Shown piece by piece: positions 51,024-60,877 of a stretch of DNA of 64,000 nt. A model generated the notes under the pieces. That model had not been told where the DNA came from and did not search any database. It saw only the letters and a list, made by a program, of their open reading frames with translations. The translations under genes and the position numbers were made by a program. Where the stretch lies: assembly GCA_963822445.1 (NCBI GenBank), contig CAWGHO010000003.1:1472001-1536000 (forward strand), given 5' to 3'. Position 1 is the stretch's first letter. Each line of letters begins with the position of its first letter. Source of the DNA: an uncultured Acidobacteriota bacterium. Its GTDB lineage: Bacteria > Acidobacteriota > Thermoanaerobaculia > Gp7-AA8.

Positions 51024-51697
51024 ACGGTGATGTGGCCGGGGGCGACTTCCTCCGGCTCCTGTCCCCGCCTGAAGATCCGCGCCGTCTTCTCCCCGAGCAG
51101 CGTCACCCGCCCATCCTCGACCAGCAACGTCGAGCCCTCCCGCAAACCCACCACCGGAGTCTCGTTCTCCTGCAGGTACTCGAGCAAACGCGTCTCGCGG
51201 GTCTCACCCATGTGCGTCGAGTTGGGATCGGCATCGAGATAGTGCGGATTGATCTGGAAGGGCACGAATCCGAGCGCTTCGAACGCCGGCGGGTAGACGA
51301 TGGGCATGTCGTTGGTGGTTTTGATCGTCGGCGCGGTGATGTTCGTTCCGGCGCTCGATCCGATGTACGGCACGCCCTCGTTGCGAACGCGATTGCGAAT
51401 GACGTCGATCAGGTTGCGGTCGTAGAGCGTTTTGAGCAGTCGAAATGTGTTCCCGCCGCTGGTGAAGATCGCGTCCGCGCTCTCGATGTCGCCCGCCTCC
51501 TGCACCTGGATGACGTCGTAGCCCATGGGCGCGACGGCCTCGCGAAAGCGGTTCGTGTTGGCGTCGCGATCGAACTGGGCGAAGGGAATGAAGGCGATGC
51601 GCTTGCGGTCGCCGAGGAAGTTGCGGACGTTGGATTCGTCGTATTCGAGATAGCCGTAGCCGTGAACGATGGTGCTGGAAATGAGCAGCAGTCGCAT
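51020..51697 (-). CDS. pepE: Dipeptidase E (peptidase S51)
   Basis: MRLLLISS, GGNTFRLL, YIGSSAG.N, TTNDMPIV, INPHY, HMGETRETR. Confidence 0.95.
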   Translation of the reverse strand: MRLLLISSTIVHGYGYLEYDESNVRNFLGDRKRIAFIPFAQFDRDANTNRFREAVAPMGYDVIQVQEAGDIESADAIFTSGGNTFRLLKTLYDRNLIDVIRNRVRNEGVPYIGSSAGTNITAPTIKTTNDMPIVYPPAFEALGFVPFQINPHYLDADPNSTHMGETRETRLLEYLQENETPVVGLREGSTLLVEDGRVTLLGEKTARIFRRGQEPEEVAPGHITV

Positions 51698-51708
51698 GGG
51701 GCGCGAGT

Positions 51709-53304
51709 CTACTTGACCGACCAGGCCCGCGGCCCCGGGGACCACACGAACAGTCCGAGGCCGCTGTTCGCGGGGCGGACGTTCTGCACGCGACGGTTCA
51801 CGGCCCACTTCGTTCCGGACTGCACGGTCCAGAGGTAAGGCTGATCGCGGGCGAGGATGGCGTGGAGGTTGTGATACTGGTCGGCGCGCTGCCGCCGATC
51901 GAATTCTCCGCGCGCCCGCTCCATCAACGCATCCGCCTCCTCGTTCTCGTATCCCACGATGTTGTAACCCTCGGGCGGAACCTGCGAGGAGTGAAACAGC
52001 GAGAACGGATCGGGGTCGGGCTCGTTGACCCAGGCCATGAACGCCGCCTGGTAATTGCGACCGAGGATGTGGTCGTAGAAGGTCGTCGACTCGAGGGGCA
52101 TCACTTCGAGCTTCACGCCGATCTTGGCCAATGCGTCCTGAAAGATCTGCGACTGATCGGCCGTGGGCCGATTGCCGGCGGGGATGAGCAGCTCGAGCTC
52201 GAACTTCTCGCCTTTGCGATCGAGCACTCCATCGGCGTCGGTATCTGTCCATCCCGCCGAGGAGAGCAGCGCGGCCGCGCCCTGCGGGTTGAACTCGATG
52301 GCCTGCACGCTCGGATCGGCGGCCCACTGCTCCGGCGTGAACGGGCCGGTCACCGGCCGGGCGTGACCGAAGTAGAGGCGGTCGATCACCGATTGCCGGT
52401 CGAAAGTCATGGCCAGCGCGCGGCGCACGCGGACGTCGTTCAGCTTCGGATCGGCAAGATTCCAGGCGATGGCGTTGTACGAGAGGAGATACAGATTGAG
52501 GAAGTCGAGCTTCTCTTTGACCGCCGGCTCGTCCTTCGCGCGATGCCAGGTCGAGTTGTTGATGCGGCCGATGTCAAGATCGCCGCGCTTCAACGCGTTC
52601 CAGGCCGTCGTGTCGTCGCTGACCACGCGCAGAATCACATTCTCGATGTGCGGCTTCTCGCGCCAGTAATCGGCGCGGCGCTTGAGGTGCACGGAGCGGC
52701 CGGGCTCGCGCTTGACGAGGACGTACGGCCCGTTGCCGACGACCGCGCGGTTCTTCGCGAAATCACCCTGACCATAAACGTGCTCCGGGAGGACGGGAAC
52801 GTTGAAGGCGAGGAGCTGCGCGACGTGAGCTTCCTTGAAAACGACGTGCACGGTCCGCTCGTCGATAGCCTTGGTCTGCTCCAGATCGAGCGACGCAAAC
52901 GCGCCGCCGAACTGCGGCGAGTCGACGATCTTGCGCAGAGTGAAGACGACATCGCCGGCGCGGACTGGTTTCCCATCGCTGAACGTGGCCCGCGGATCGA
53001 GGTGCAGAACGTACTTGTGACCGCTGTCGAGCACTTCCCACTTCGCGGCGGTGCCGGGGACCGGATTCGCGTCGCTGTCGAGGTCGATGAGCGGGTCGTG
53101 AAGAAACGTCAGGACCTGCCGCTCCTCATCGCTGTCCTGCAGCATCGGATTGAGGGTCTTGACGTCGCCTTCGAGGCGGATGGTGATGCGGCCGCCGTCG
53201 GCCGTTTGCGCCACGGGCTTCGGCGTTGGCGGCGGTGCCGGAGTCTCTTTTCTGCACGACGCCAGCGCGGCGAGCAGGGCAACGGCGAGGAGGGTCCGGC
53301 GCAT
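51709..53304 (-). CDS. Peptide ABC transporter substrate-binding lipoprotein (family 5)
   Basis: Lipobox LAALASC; TLNP, FSDGKPV.AGDVVFT, VGNGPY, D.RVRRAL. Confidence 0.92.
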   Translation of the reverse strand: MRRTLLAVALLAALASCRKETPAPPPTPKPVAQTADGGRITIRLEGDVKTLNPMLQDSDEERQVLTFLHDPLIDLDSDANPVPGTAAKWEVLDSGHKYVLHLDPRATFSDGKPVRAGDVVFTLRKIVDSPQFGGAFASLDLEQTKAIDERTVHVVFKEAHVAQLLAFNVPVLPEHVYGQGDFAKNRAVVGNGPYVLVKREPGRSVHLKRRADYWREKPHIENVILRVVSDDTTAWNALKRGDLDIGRINNSTWHRAKDEPAVKEKLDFLNLYLLSYNAIAWNLADPKLNDVRVRRALAMTFDRQSVIDRLYFGHARPVTGPFTPEQWAADPSVQAIEFNPQGAAALLSSAGWTDTDADGVLDRKGEKFELELLIPAGNRPTADQSQIFQDALAKIGVKLEVMPLESTTFYDHILGRNYQAAFMAWVNEPDPDPFSLFHSSQVPPEGYNIVGYENEEADALMERARGEFDRRQRADQYHNLHAILARDQPYLWTVQSGTKWAVNRRVQNVRPANSGLGLFVWSPGPRAWSVK

Positions 53305-53315
53305 GGTCCGAAAGT

Positions 53316-55424
53316 CTACTCGCTGCCGATGACCCACTTCTCGTACACCTCGCCGGGCAGCTCGCGTACGAAGCGGGAAGGCTCCATGAGGATATCCATG
53401 CCCCCGCGATCGCGGGCCATGACCGGGAAGACGAGATAGAGCTCCTGCATGGCCCGGGTGATGGCCACGTAGAACAGGCGGCGCTCTTCTTCTTCGCCGG
53501 GGATGACGAGCTCGCGGGTGCCCGCCTCATCAATCACCGGCGCGTCTTCCGTCGCCCCTTCCAGGAGCGGCAACGCCTCATGCAACCGATTCGGCTCGAT
53601 GCGGATGATCCCTCCCGGCACCCGCAAGGCCCGCTGCGACGGGAATCGCCCATCCGCGAGCCAGATCACGAACACCACCCGCCACTCCAGCCCCTTCGCC
53701 TGATGCACCGATGACAACACGATCTTCTCGTCTTCCGGACCGACCACGGCCACGTCCTCACCGGCAATCGGATTCGCGAGCGCGACCTCGTCGAGAAACT
53801 TTTCCACGTCCTCGTAGCGAAGCGCGTACTGCGAGAGCTGTTCGAGATCGTCGAGCCGGGCCTGGGCATTCGCGAATTTCGACCGGGCGTAGTCCGCGTA
53901 TCCGCGCTCGACGACGATGCGGATCGATTCAGAAGGGTTGTGGCGCATGCCTTCGCCGGCGAGCATCCCCAGCACGTCGCGCAGGCTTTTCATGCTTCCC
54001 GCGACTCCGCGTCCGCTGGCCTCGACGCCGCGCAGGAACACATCCAGCGGATTCGGCGAGCCGGAGATCCGCGACCACACTTCCGCCGCGGTTTTCTCGC
54101 CGACTTTCGGATAGAGCTTCATCACGCGCTTCCACGACAGCTCGTCGCGCGTGTTCGTCACGATCTTCAGATAGCCGAGAACGTCTTTGATGTGGGCCTG
54201 CTCGAAGAAGCGGACGCCGGAGCGGATCTCGTACGGAATCAGCCGCCGGGACAGCTCCATCTGCAGCTCGAGCGACTGGTAATGCGAGCGGTAGAGCACC
54301 GCGATCTCGGCGAGGCTCGTGCCTTCGTCGCGGAGCTCGAGAATGCGCTGGGCCACGAAATTCGCTTGCTCGAACACGTCGTCGACACCGACCACCGCCG
54401 GTTCGGGTCCGTCGCCGCGCACGGCCTGCAGCTCTTTGCGGAACTGAAAGCGATTGTGCGCGATCGATTCGTTGGCCAGATTCAGAATCTGCCGCGTCGA
54501 ACGGTAGTTCGTCTCCAGCTTGTAAATCTGCGTCTCCGGAAAGCGCAGCGGAAAGGTGAGGATGTTCTCGAACGACGCGCCGCGGAACGAATAGATCGAC
54601 TGCGCATCGTCGCCCACCACCATCACGTTTCGGCGTTCCGAGGCCATGGAGTCGATGATGTCCGCCTGGAGCTTGTTCGTGTCCTGGTACTCGTCGACGA
54701 GGATGTAGCGGTAGCGTCGTTTGAGAGCCGCGGACACTTCCGGATGCTCGTCGAGCAGCACCTTCCAGAACACGAGCAGGTCGTCGAAATCCATCGCGTT
54801 CGATTCGCGCTTGCGGTCTTTGTAGCGGCGGAACACGTTCACCATCTCGTCGCGATACAGCGCGAAGTGCGGGTAGTTGTTCTCGAGATGGAGCTCGAGC
54901 GGGGTGCGGGTGTTGATCAGAAACGAGTAGATGTCGAGGAGGACGTCGCCTTTAGGAAAGCGCTTCTCCATCGTGTTGATGCCGAGGGAGGAGACGGCGG
55001 ATTCCATCGTCTCCTTGGCGTCCTCGTCATCGAGGATGGTGAAGTTCGAGCGGTAGCCGAGCGGCTCGGCGTGACGGCGCAACAAGCGGTTGCCGATCGA
55101 GTGAAACGTGCCGCCCCAGATGCGGCGGGTGTCGATGGTGACGAGCTGCTCGACGCGGCTGAGCATCTCCCGCGCGGCTTTGTTGGTGAAGGTGACGATG
55201 AGGATGTCCGCGGGATCGACGCCGTCCTCGATCAGGCGCGAGACGCGATAGGTGAGGGCGCGTGTTTTTCCACTTCCCGCGCCGGCGATGACCAGCAGCG
55301 GCCCCTCGCCGGCCATGACCACGTCGAGCTGTTCCTGATTGAGCTCGTCTTCATAGCGGACCCGGTACTGCTTCTGTGGTTTTGCCGGTTTTTTGAGGGT
55401 GTAGCGGCGGACTTTGGTGGACAT
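53316..55424 (-). CDS. UvrD/PcrA-family SF1 helicase
   Basis: AGAGSGKT, TFTNKAA, DEYQDTN, VGDDAQSIYSFRGA, NYRST, HQAKGLEW, EERRLFYVAITRA; start MSTKVR at 55424. Confidence 0.95.
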   Translation of the reverse strand: MSTKVRRYTLKKPAKPQKQYRVRYEDELNQEQLDVVMAGEGPLLVIAGAGSGKTRALTYRVSRLIEDGVDPADILIVTFTNKAAREMLSRVEQLVTIDTRRIWGGTFHSIGNRLLRRHAEPLGYRSNFTILDDEDAKETMESAVSSLGINTMEKRFPKGDVLLDIYSFLINTRTPLELHLENNYPHFALYRDEMVNVFRRYKDRKRESNAMDFDDLLVFWKVLLDEHPEVSAALKRRYRYILVDEYQDTNKLQADIIDSMASERRNVMVVGDDAQSIYSFRGASFENILTFPLRFPETQIYKLETNYRSTRQILNLANESIAHNRFQFRKELQAVRGDGPEPAVVGVDDVFEQANFVAQRILELRDEGTSLAEIAVLYRSHYQSLELQMELSRRLIPYEIRSGVRFFEQAHIKDVLGYLKIVTNTRDELSWKRVMKLYPKVGEKTAAEVWSRISGSPNPLDVFLRGVEASGRGVAGSMKSLRDVLGMLAGEGMRHNPSESIRIVVERGYADYARSKFANAQARLDDLEQLSQYALRYEDVEKFLDEVALANPIAGEDVAVVGPEDEKIVLSSVHQAKGLEWRVVFVIWLADGRFPSQRALRVPGGIIRIEPNRLHEALPLLEGATEDAPVIDEAGTRELVIPGEEEERRLFYVAITRAMQELYLVFPVMARDRGGMDILMEPSRFVRELPGEVYEKWVIGSE

Positions 55425-55515
55425 GTTGGGCCGCGGAAGGGTATAGGAGTGCGGTGGCGACAGCCACCGCTTTGGGTAGAAAAGCGGCGGCTTTGCCGCC
55501 GCACTCCTAAACCTG

Positions 55516-56409
55516 ATGCCGCGCTTTCTCGCGTTCGTCGCCGTCATCTTCTGGGGGATCTCCTTCGTTGCCACGAAGGCCGCCCTCGGCGAGGTCTCGC
55601 CGGTCACGCTGATCGGGATGCGCTTCTTCATCGGCGCCTTCCTGCTCCTCCTGCTCGTCCGGAAGCTGCCGCCCCGGAGCGAGTGGCCGTCGCTGGCGCT
55701 GATGGGCTTCGTCGGCGTCTTCGTCCACCAGATGCTGCAGTCGTATGCCCTGACCATGACCACCGCCTCCAGCACCGGCTGGCTGATCGGTCTCTGTCCG
55801 ATCTGGTCCGCGCTCCTGTCGGCGATCGTGCTTCGGGAGAAGTTCGGCGGCTGGAAGGTCGTGGGCCTGGTCGCCGGATTCTCCGGGGCGTTGCTGGTCG
55901 TCACCGGCGGCGATTTCAGCAAGAGTGTTTTCGGCCGCCCGTCGACCACCGGCGATCTCATGATCCTCGTCAGCACGATCAACTGGGCGATCTACTCCGT
56001 CATCGGGCACAAGACCATCCGCAGGATCGGCCCGCGGCTGGCCACGTCCGGGGCGATGCTGTTCGGCTCGCTCATGCTCCTGCCGTTCTTCGTGGCCAAT
56101 CGCGGATGGCGTGAGCTTCCCAACCTCTCCACCATCGGCTGGAGCTCCGTCCTCTTTCTCGGTATCGGCTGCTCGGCCCTCGGTTACCTGTTCTGGTACG
56201 GCGCACTCGAGCACATCGAAGTCTCGCGCGTCGCCGCTCTGCTCTATGCCGAGCCGCTGGTCACCTTCGCCGCAGCAGTTCTGTTGCTTGGCGAGCGGGT
56301 GAGCGGTGTCATCATCGCCGGCGGTATTCTCGTTCTCGTTGGCGTCGTCATCGCACAGTACGCACCCGGCGCGGCCCCGGCCGCGCAGATCACACCGGAG
56401 GAAGCATGA
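55516..56409 (+). CDS. DMT/EamA family transporter
   Basis: FWGISFVATK, about 10 TM, LLYAEPL..LLLGE. Confidence 0.92.
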   Translation: MPRFLAFVAVIFWGISFVATKAALGEVSPVTLIGMRFFIGAFLLLLLVRKLPPRSEWPSLALMGFVGVFVHQMLQSYALTMTTASSTGWLIGLCPIWSALLSAIVLREKFGGWKVVGLVAGFSGALLVVTGGDFSKSVFGRPSTTGDLMILVSTINWAIYSVIGHKTIRRIGPRLATSGAMLFGSLMLLPFFVANRGWRELPNLSTIGWSSVLFLGIGCSALGYLFWYGALEHIEVSRVAALLYAEPLVTFAAAVLLLGERVSGVIIAGGILVLVGVVIAQYAPGAAPAAQITPEEA

Positions 56410-57491
56410 TTCGTCGTCTGCTCGTCGTTGCTGGAGTTGCCGTCCTGACCGTCGCTTGTGCGTCAACCGCGTCCTCGTCGACGCCCAAAGGCGACTTCGT
56501 CGATCCGAAAGCGAAGGATCCGAAGTTCCGCTACGGTGAGAACCCCGGACCGTCGCCGGTCGGCGCGATCCCCGACGTCGTCCTGAACGACGCCCAGCGC
56601 AACAAGGACGTGAAGCTGAGCATCGACTACCCGACGCGCACCGGCCCCCATCCGCTGGTCATCTTCTCGCACGGCAGCGGCCTGTCGAATCGTTCCTATC
56701 CCGGCCTCAGCTCGCACTGGGCCAGTTACGGATACGTGGTCATTCGCCCCGCGCACAGCGACACGGTGACAGTTGATGAAATGACGACGACGCACTGGCG
56801 CGAGCGTGCCAGCGACGTCACCTTCATCCTCGATTCGCTGCCGGCGCTCATCCAGAAATATCCGGAGCTCGAAGGAAAGATCGACGCCGCGAACGTCGCT
56901 GTTGCCGGACACGCCCGGGGCGCAACGACCGCGTTGATGCTCGGCGGCCTGCGCACGTTCCCCGGCCCGGTCGCGTTCGCCGATCCGCGGGTGAAGGCCG
57001 TCGTCGCGTTCTCACCGAACGGGCCGCGCGAGCAGTGGGGGCTGACCCCGGAATCATGGGCGGAGGTCCGTGTGCCGGCGCTGTTCGTGACGGGATCGCG
57101 CGACACCGGCGGTACGGATACGGAAACGCCGGCGTGGCGTGAAGAAGCGTTCGCGCTTTCGCCGGCCGGCGAGAAGTGGTTCGTCACCATCGAAGGGGTG
57201 AGGGCCTCGACCTTCACCGGACAGTCCTACGGCGTGATCGATGACCGCGCCACGAGTCATACCGCGGTCGTTGCAAATCCGAACGTCGATCCGGTCGTCG
57301 CACGGCAGCAGGCGCAGCAGATGGAAGTCGCCCGTTCACGCGCCAGCGGCCTCGGCGAACGCGTGCTCTTCGGCACGATTCGATCGATCGCCCTCGCGTT
57401 CTTCGATGCGTATCTTAAGAACGACACCGGCGGCCGCGATTACCTGAAACGCGCCGACGACCGGACGCACATCGCGGTGAAGACGAAGTAA
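56406..57491 (+). CDS. Alpha/beta-hydrolase-fold lipoprotein (dienelactone-hydrolase/PAF-AH-like) with degenerate catalytic residues
   Basis: Lipobox LTVAC; PLVIFSHGSG, WASYGYVV..P.H, AVAGHARGA, DPRVKAVV, VTGSRD. Confidence 0.82.
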   Translation: MIRRLLVVAGVAVLTVACASTASSSTPKGDFVDPKAKDPKFRYGENPGPSPVGAIPDVVLNDAQRNKDVKLSIDYPTRTGPHPLVIFSHGSGLSNRSYPGLSSHWASYGYVVIRPAHSDTVTVDEMTTTHWRERASDVTFILDSLPALIQKYPELEGKIDAANVAVAGHARGATTALMLGGLRTFPGPVAFADPRVKAVVAFSPNGPREQWGLTPESWAEVRVPALFVTGSRDTGGTDTETPAWREEAFALSPAGEKWFVTIEGVRASTFTGQSYGVIDDRATSHTAVVANPNVDPVVARQQAQQMEVARSRASGLGERVLFGTIRSIALAFFDAYLKNDTGGRDYLKRADDRTHIAVKTK

Positions 57492-57506
57492 CCCGAGCTT
57501 CATGCG

Positions 57507-58235
57507 GTGAGCGAGCCGGTCATCCACGTCGCGGACCTGACACGCCGCTTCGGCGGCAAGACGGCCCTCGACTCGGTGACGCTGTCGCTGCCGCGCGGCG
57601 GCGTTTACGGTCTCGTCGGCGCAAACGGCGCCGGCAAAACGACGCTCATCAAACACATTCTCGGACTGCTGCGCGCGGAAAGCGGCTCGGTGCGCGTGTT
57701 CGGCCTGAATCCCGTCGCCGACCCGGTCGGCGTGCTGTCGCGGATCGGGTATTTGTCCGAGGAGAATGACCTGCCGGGGTGGATGCGGGTGGATGAGCTG
57801 ATTCGCTACTCGCGCGCCTTTTATCCGGCCTGGGACGACGCTTACGCAGAGGAGCTGCGGCACGCGTTCGCGCTCGACCCGGCCGCGAAAATCAAGAATC
57901 TTTCGAAAGGGCAGAAAGCGCGTGCGGGACTGCTGATCGCGCTGGCGTATCGCCCCGAGCTGCTGGTGCTCGACGAGCCGTCGTCCGGCCTCGACCCGAT
58001 CGTGCGGCGCGACATTCTCGGCGCCGTCATTCGCACCATCGCCGATGAGGGTCGGACCGTGCTCTTCTCGTCGCACCTGCTGGAGGAAGTCGAGCAGGTC
58101 GCCGATCACGTGACGATGATCCGCGGAGGACGGATCGTGCTGAGCGCGACTCTCGAGGAGATCAGGGAATCGCACCGCGTCGGCGAGCGCGTGCCGTCGC
58201 TCGACGAGATTTTCGTTACCCGCGTAGGAACGTGA
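57507..58235 (+). CDS. ABC-2 type transporter ATP-binding protein
   Basis: GANGAGKTT, LSKGQ, LVLDEPSSGLDP, SSH. Confidence 0.93.
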   Translation: MSEPVIHVADLTRRFGGKTALDSVTLSLPRGGVYGLVGANGAGKTTLIKHILGLLRAESGSVRVFGLNPVADPVGVLSRIGYLSEENDLPGWMRVDELIRYSRAFYPAWDDAYAEELRHAFALDPAAKIKNLSKGQKARAGLLIALAYRPELLVLDEPSSGLDPIVRRDILGAVIRTIADEGRTVLFSSHLLEEVEQVADHVTMIRGGRIVLSATLEEIRESHRVGERVPSLDEIFVTRVGT

Positions 58236-59794
58236 TGCGATCTCCGGCAGCGGCGTTCGCCTGGCAGTTCGGCCGGCAGCATCGCTGGGGAATGATCGCC
58301 GTCGTCGCCTACTTCCTCGCGCTGGGCGCGATCAAGCCGATTCTCGGCGAGGGACACGCGATCGAACTGGATCCGCCGAATGAGATGGGCGCATTGCTGC
58401 TCGTGCCGTACACGGCAACCTATCTCTATTTCCTGGCGGTGTTCAGCTTCGGTCTTTCCGGAGACCTGGCCGCGCGCGAGTCGATGTATCCCGCTCGCAT
58501 GTTCACGCTGCCCGTGAAGACGGCAGCGCTCGCGGGATGGCCGATGCTTTACGGCATCGGCGCGATGTTCGGGTTGTGGGCGACGGCGGTGCTCCTCGCG
58601 CGATGGCCGTGGGGAATCGAGCTGCCCTGGTTCTGGCCGGCGTTGCTGGCCGCGGCCTTCCTGGCCTGGACGCAGGTCTTCACCTGGATGCCGTACGGAC
58701 TCCGCGGGCTGCGCGTGGTCGCGGCGTTGTTATGGCTGCCGGTGCTCGACGCCATCGTTTTCACTGCCGTTCACTACAGAGTTTCCGAGGGGATGATGAT
58801 CGCGTTCCTCGCGCCGCAGATTCCGCTGGCGTATCTCGCGGCGTGGTACGCGGTGGCGCGAGCGCGCCGCGGTGAGGTGCCCGACTGGAGTGTGGCCTTG
58901 CCGGTCCGCGCGCAACGGCGAGATGGGTTCAAGTCGTCCTCGCGGGCGCAGTCATGGTTCGAATGGCAGCAGCATGGGCGTTCGTTGCCGGTGTGGGTGG
59001 CGATCCTCCTGCCGTTCGAGCTGGCCCTGATGTTCGTCACCGACAACGACACGCCGGTATTCGTCGTGACCGCGCTGGCTCTCGCGCTGCTCACGCCGCC
59101 GTTCATGGCCTCGTTCGCTCCTGCGCAACGCCTGACGCCTTTCACCGCGACGCGGCCGATGAGCACCGCGGCGCTCATCGCGGCGAAGTTGAAGGTGGCC
59201 GTCCGGAGCACACTTGCCGCATGGCTGCTGGTCTTCCTCGCCGTCCCGATTGCGCTGACGCTGGCGGGTGCGTGGCCGGTGGTCGTCGAACGAATCGGAT
59301 CGGGACGCGCGATCGTGATCGCTTTGCTGGTGATCGCCGCGTTGATCATCGCGACGTGGAAGCAACTCGTGCAAAGCCTCTGCGTCGGTCTGAGCGGACG
59401 TGAAGGGCTGATCAAGTCGCGCGTCTTCCTGGCACTGACCTTCCTGGTCATCCTCGGCTTCGTCGTCCCCTGGGTCATCAATGACCGTGTCGTGATGGTC
59501 GCGCTCTGGGACGCGCTGCCGTGGATCGGCGCGGTGCTGGTCTGCTTGAAGATGGTGGCCGGGATCTGGATCGTCACGCGTCTTCATTCCGCTCGGCTGG
59601 TCAGCGATCGTGCGCTGCTCATCGCCGCCGCCTGCTGGAGCGCAACGGTGGTCGCGCTCTACGGTCTTCTAACGTGGCTGCTCGGAATGCCGCTCATCCC
59701 TCGGTATCTCTTCGGCCTTGTGGCGATCGTGGTGATGCCGCTGGTTCGACTGTCCGCGGCGCCGCTGGCGCTCGCGTGGAATCGACACAAATGA
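58232..59794 (+). CDS. Multi-TM ABC exporter permease (two-repeat)
   Basis: About 12 TM; FTLPV.T and ATRPMST..L..AKL repeats; coupled to the ATPase. Confidence 0.75.
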   Translation: MMRSPAAAFAWQFGRQHRWGMIAVVAYFLALGAIKPILGEGHAIELDPPNEMGALLLVPYTATYLYFLAVFSFGLSGDLAARESMYPARMFTLPVKTAALAGWPMLYGIGAMFGLWATAVLLARWPWGIELPWFWPALLAAAFLAWTQVFTWMPYGLRGLRVVAALLWLPVLDAIVFTAVHYRVSEGMMIAFLAPQIPLAYLAAWYAVARARRGEVPDWSVALPVRAQRRDGFKSSSRAQSWFEWQQHGRSLPVWVAILLPFELALMFVTDNDTPVFVVTALALALLTPPFMASFAPAQRLTPFTATRPMSTAALIAAKLKVAVRSTLAAWLLVFLAVPIALTLAGAWPVVVERIGSGRAIVIALLVIAALIIATWKQLVQSLCVGLSGREGLIKSRVFLALTFLVILGFVVPWVINDRVVMVALWDALPWIGAVLVCLKMVAGIWIVTRLHSARLVSDRALLIAAACWSATVVALYGLLTWLLGMPLIPRYLFGLVAIVVMPLVRLSAAPLALAWNRHK

Positions 59795-60708
59795 AAGCGT
59801 TGATCGTGGCCGTCGTCAGCATTCCGGCGTTCCTGGTCGCGATCGATGCAGCCTCGTTCCACGTCCTCAATCGCAACAACGGCACGCTCACCTCCTCGGG
59901 GGAGAAACGGGAGTACCTGCTGCACGTTCCGGCGAGTTACGACCGTACCCGGCCGGCGCCGCTCGTGATCAGCCTCCATGGCGCGGCGATCTGGCCGGCC
60001 GTGCAGCGGGACATCAGCCGCTGGAATCGCGTCGCCGACGAGCATGGATTCATCGTCGTCTATCCGTCAGGAAACGGCTTGCGCCGGGGACACCAGGGCG
60101 GAAGGCACAAGGTGTGGAACGTGAACCGCGGCCCCGGCCTTCAGCGCGACGTCCGTTTCATCTCCGACCTGATCGACAAACTGCAATCGACCTACAACAT
60201 CGACCCCGCGCGCATCTACGCGGACGGACTGTCGAACGGAGGCGGCATGGCCTTCGTCCTTTCCTGCACGCTTTCCGATCGGATCGCGGCAGTGGGGATG
60301 GTTGGCGCCGCGCAGTCCTTGCCGTGGAACTGGTGTACGGACGATCGACCCGTACCGATGATCAACTTCCACGGCACCGCCGATACCTTCGCGAACTACA
60401 ACGGCGGCACGTCACTGGTCTCCCGCAATCACTCCTTCCCGAGCGTCACATCCTGGACGTCGAACTGGGCTCGGAGAAACCGCTGCTCGCCTGCACCCGT
60501 CGAAACGCGCGTCGCCACCGACGTCACCCGCATCGAGTACACGAACTGCGCTGCGCCGGTAGTGCTGTACCGAATCGAAGGCGGCGGCCACACCTGGCCG
60601 GGCGGCAAACCAATGCCGGAGTGGATGGCCGGAACGACGACCGAGAGCATCGACGCGACACGGGAGATGTGGGCGTTTTTTCGGGGGAGGCGGGCGGGGA
60701 GGGAGTAG
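59791..60708 (+). CDS. PHB depolymerase/LpqC-family esterase
   Basis: PLVISLHG, GFIVVYP.G, RIYADGLSNGG, FHGTAD, GGGHTWPGG. Confidence 0.9.
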   Translation: MKALIVAVVSIPAFLVAIDAASFHVLNRNNGTLTSSGEKREYLLHVPASYDRTRPAPLVISLHGAAIWPAVQRDISRWNRVADEHGFIVVYPSGNGLRRGHQGGRHKVWNVNRGPGLQRDVRFISDLIDKLQSTYNIDPARIYADGLSNGGGMAFVLSCTLSDRIAAVGMVGAAQSLPWNWCTDDRPVPMINFHGTADTFANYNGGTSLVSRNHSFPSVTSWTSNWARRNRCSPAPVETRVATDVTRIEYTNCAAPVVLYRIEGGGHTWPGGKPMPEWMAGTTTESIDATREMWAFFRGRRAGRE

Positions 60709-60734
60709 ATAGCCCACGCTCGGAATCGCACGAA

Positions 60735-60812
60735 TCAGTTCGAATCGTCGAACTCTGCCAGCAGATCGTCAGCATCGACAACCTCGCCACGATCCGCCTG
60801 CGCCATCGACTC
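60735..60812 (-). pseudogene. Remnant of a small antitoxin C-terminus
   Basis: ESMAQADRGEVVDADDLLAEFDDSN*; no intact 5' part or toxin. Confidence 0.5.
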
Positions 60813-60877
60813 GCGCCCCCCATCGAATAAACTCGCCACCGCGTGATCGTCCCGGTGCCACTGTTATGATGGAAGTA

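Noticed and set aside
55425-55982. N-terminal 186-aa extension of the helicase ORF
   Set aside because: It overlaps the DMT gene antisense; helicase similarity begins at MSTKV (55424).
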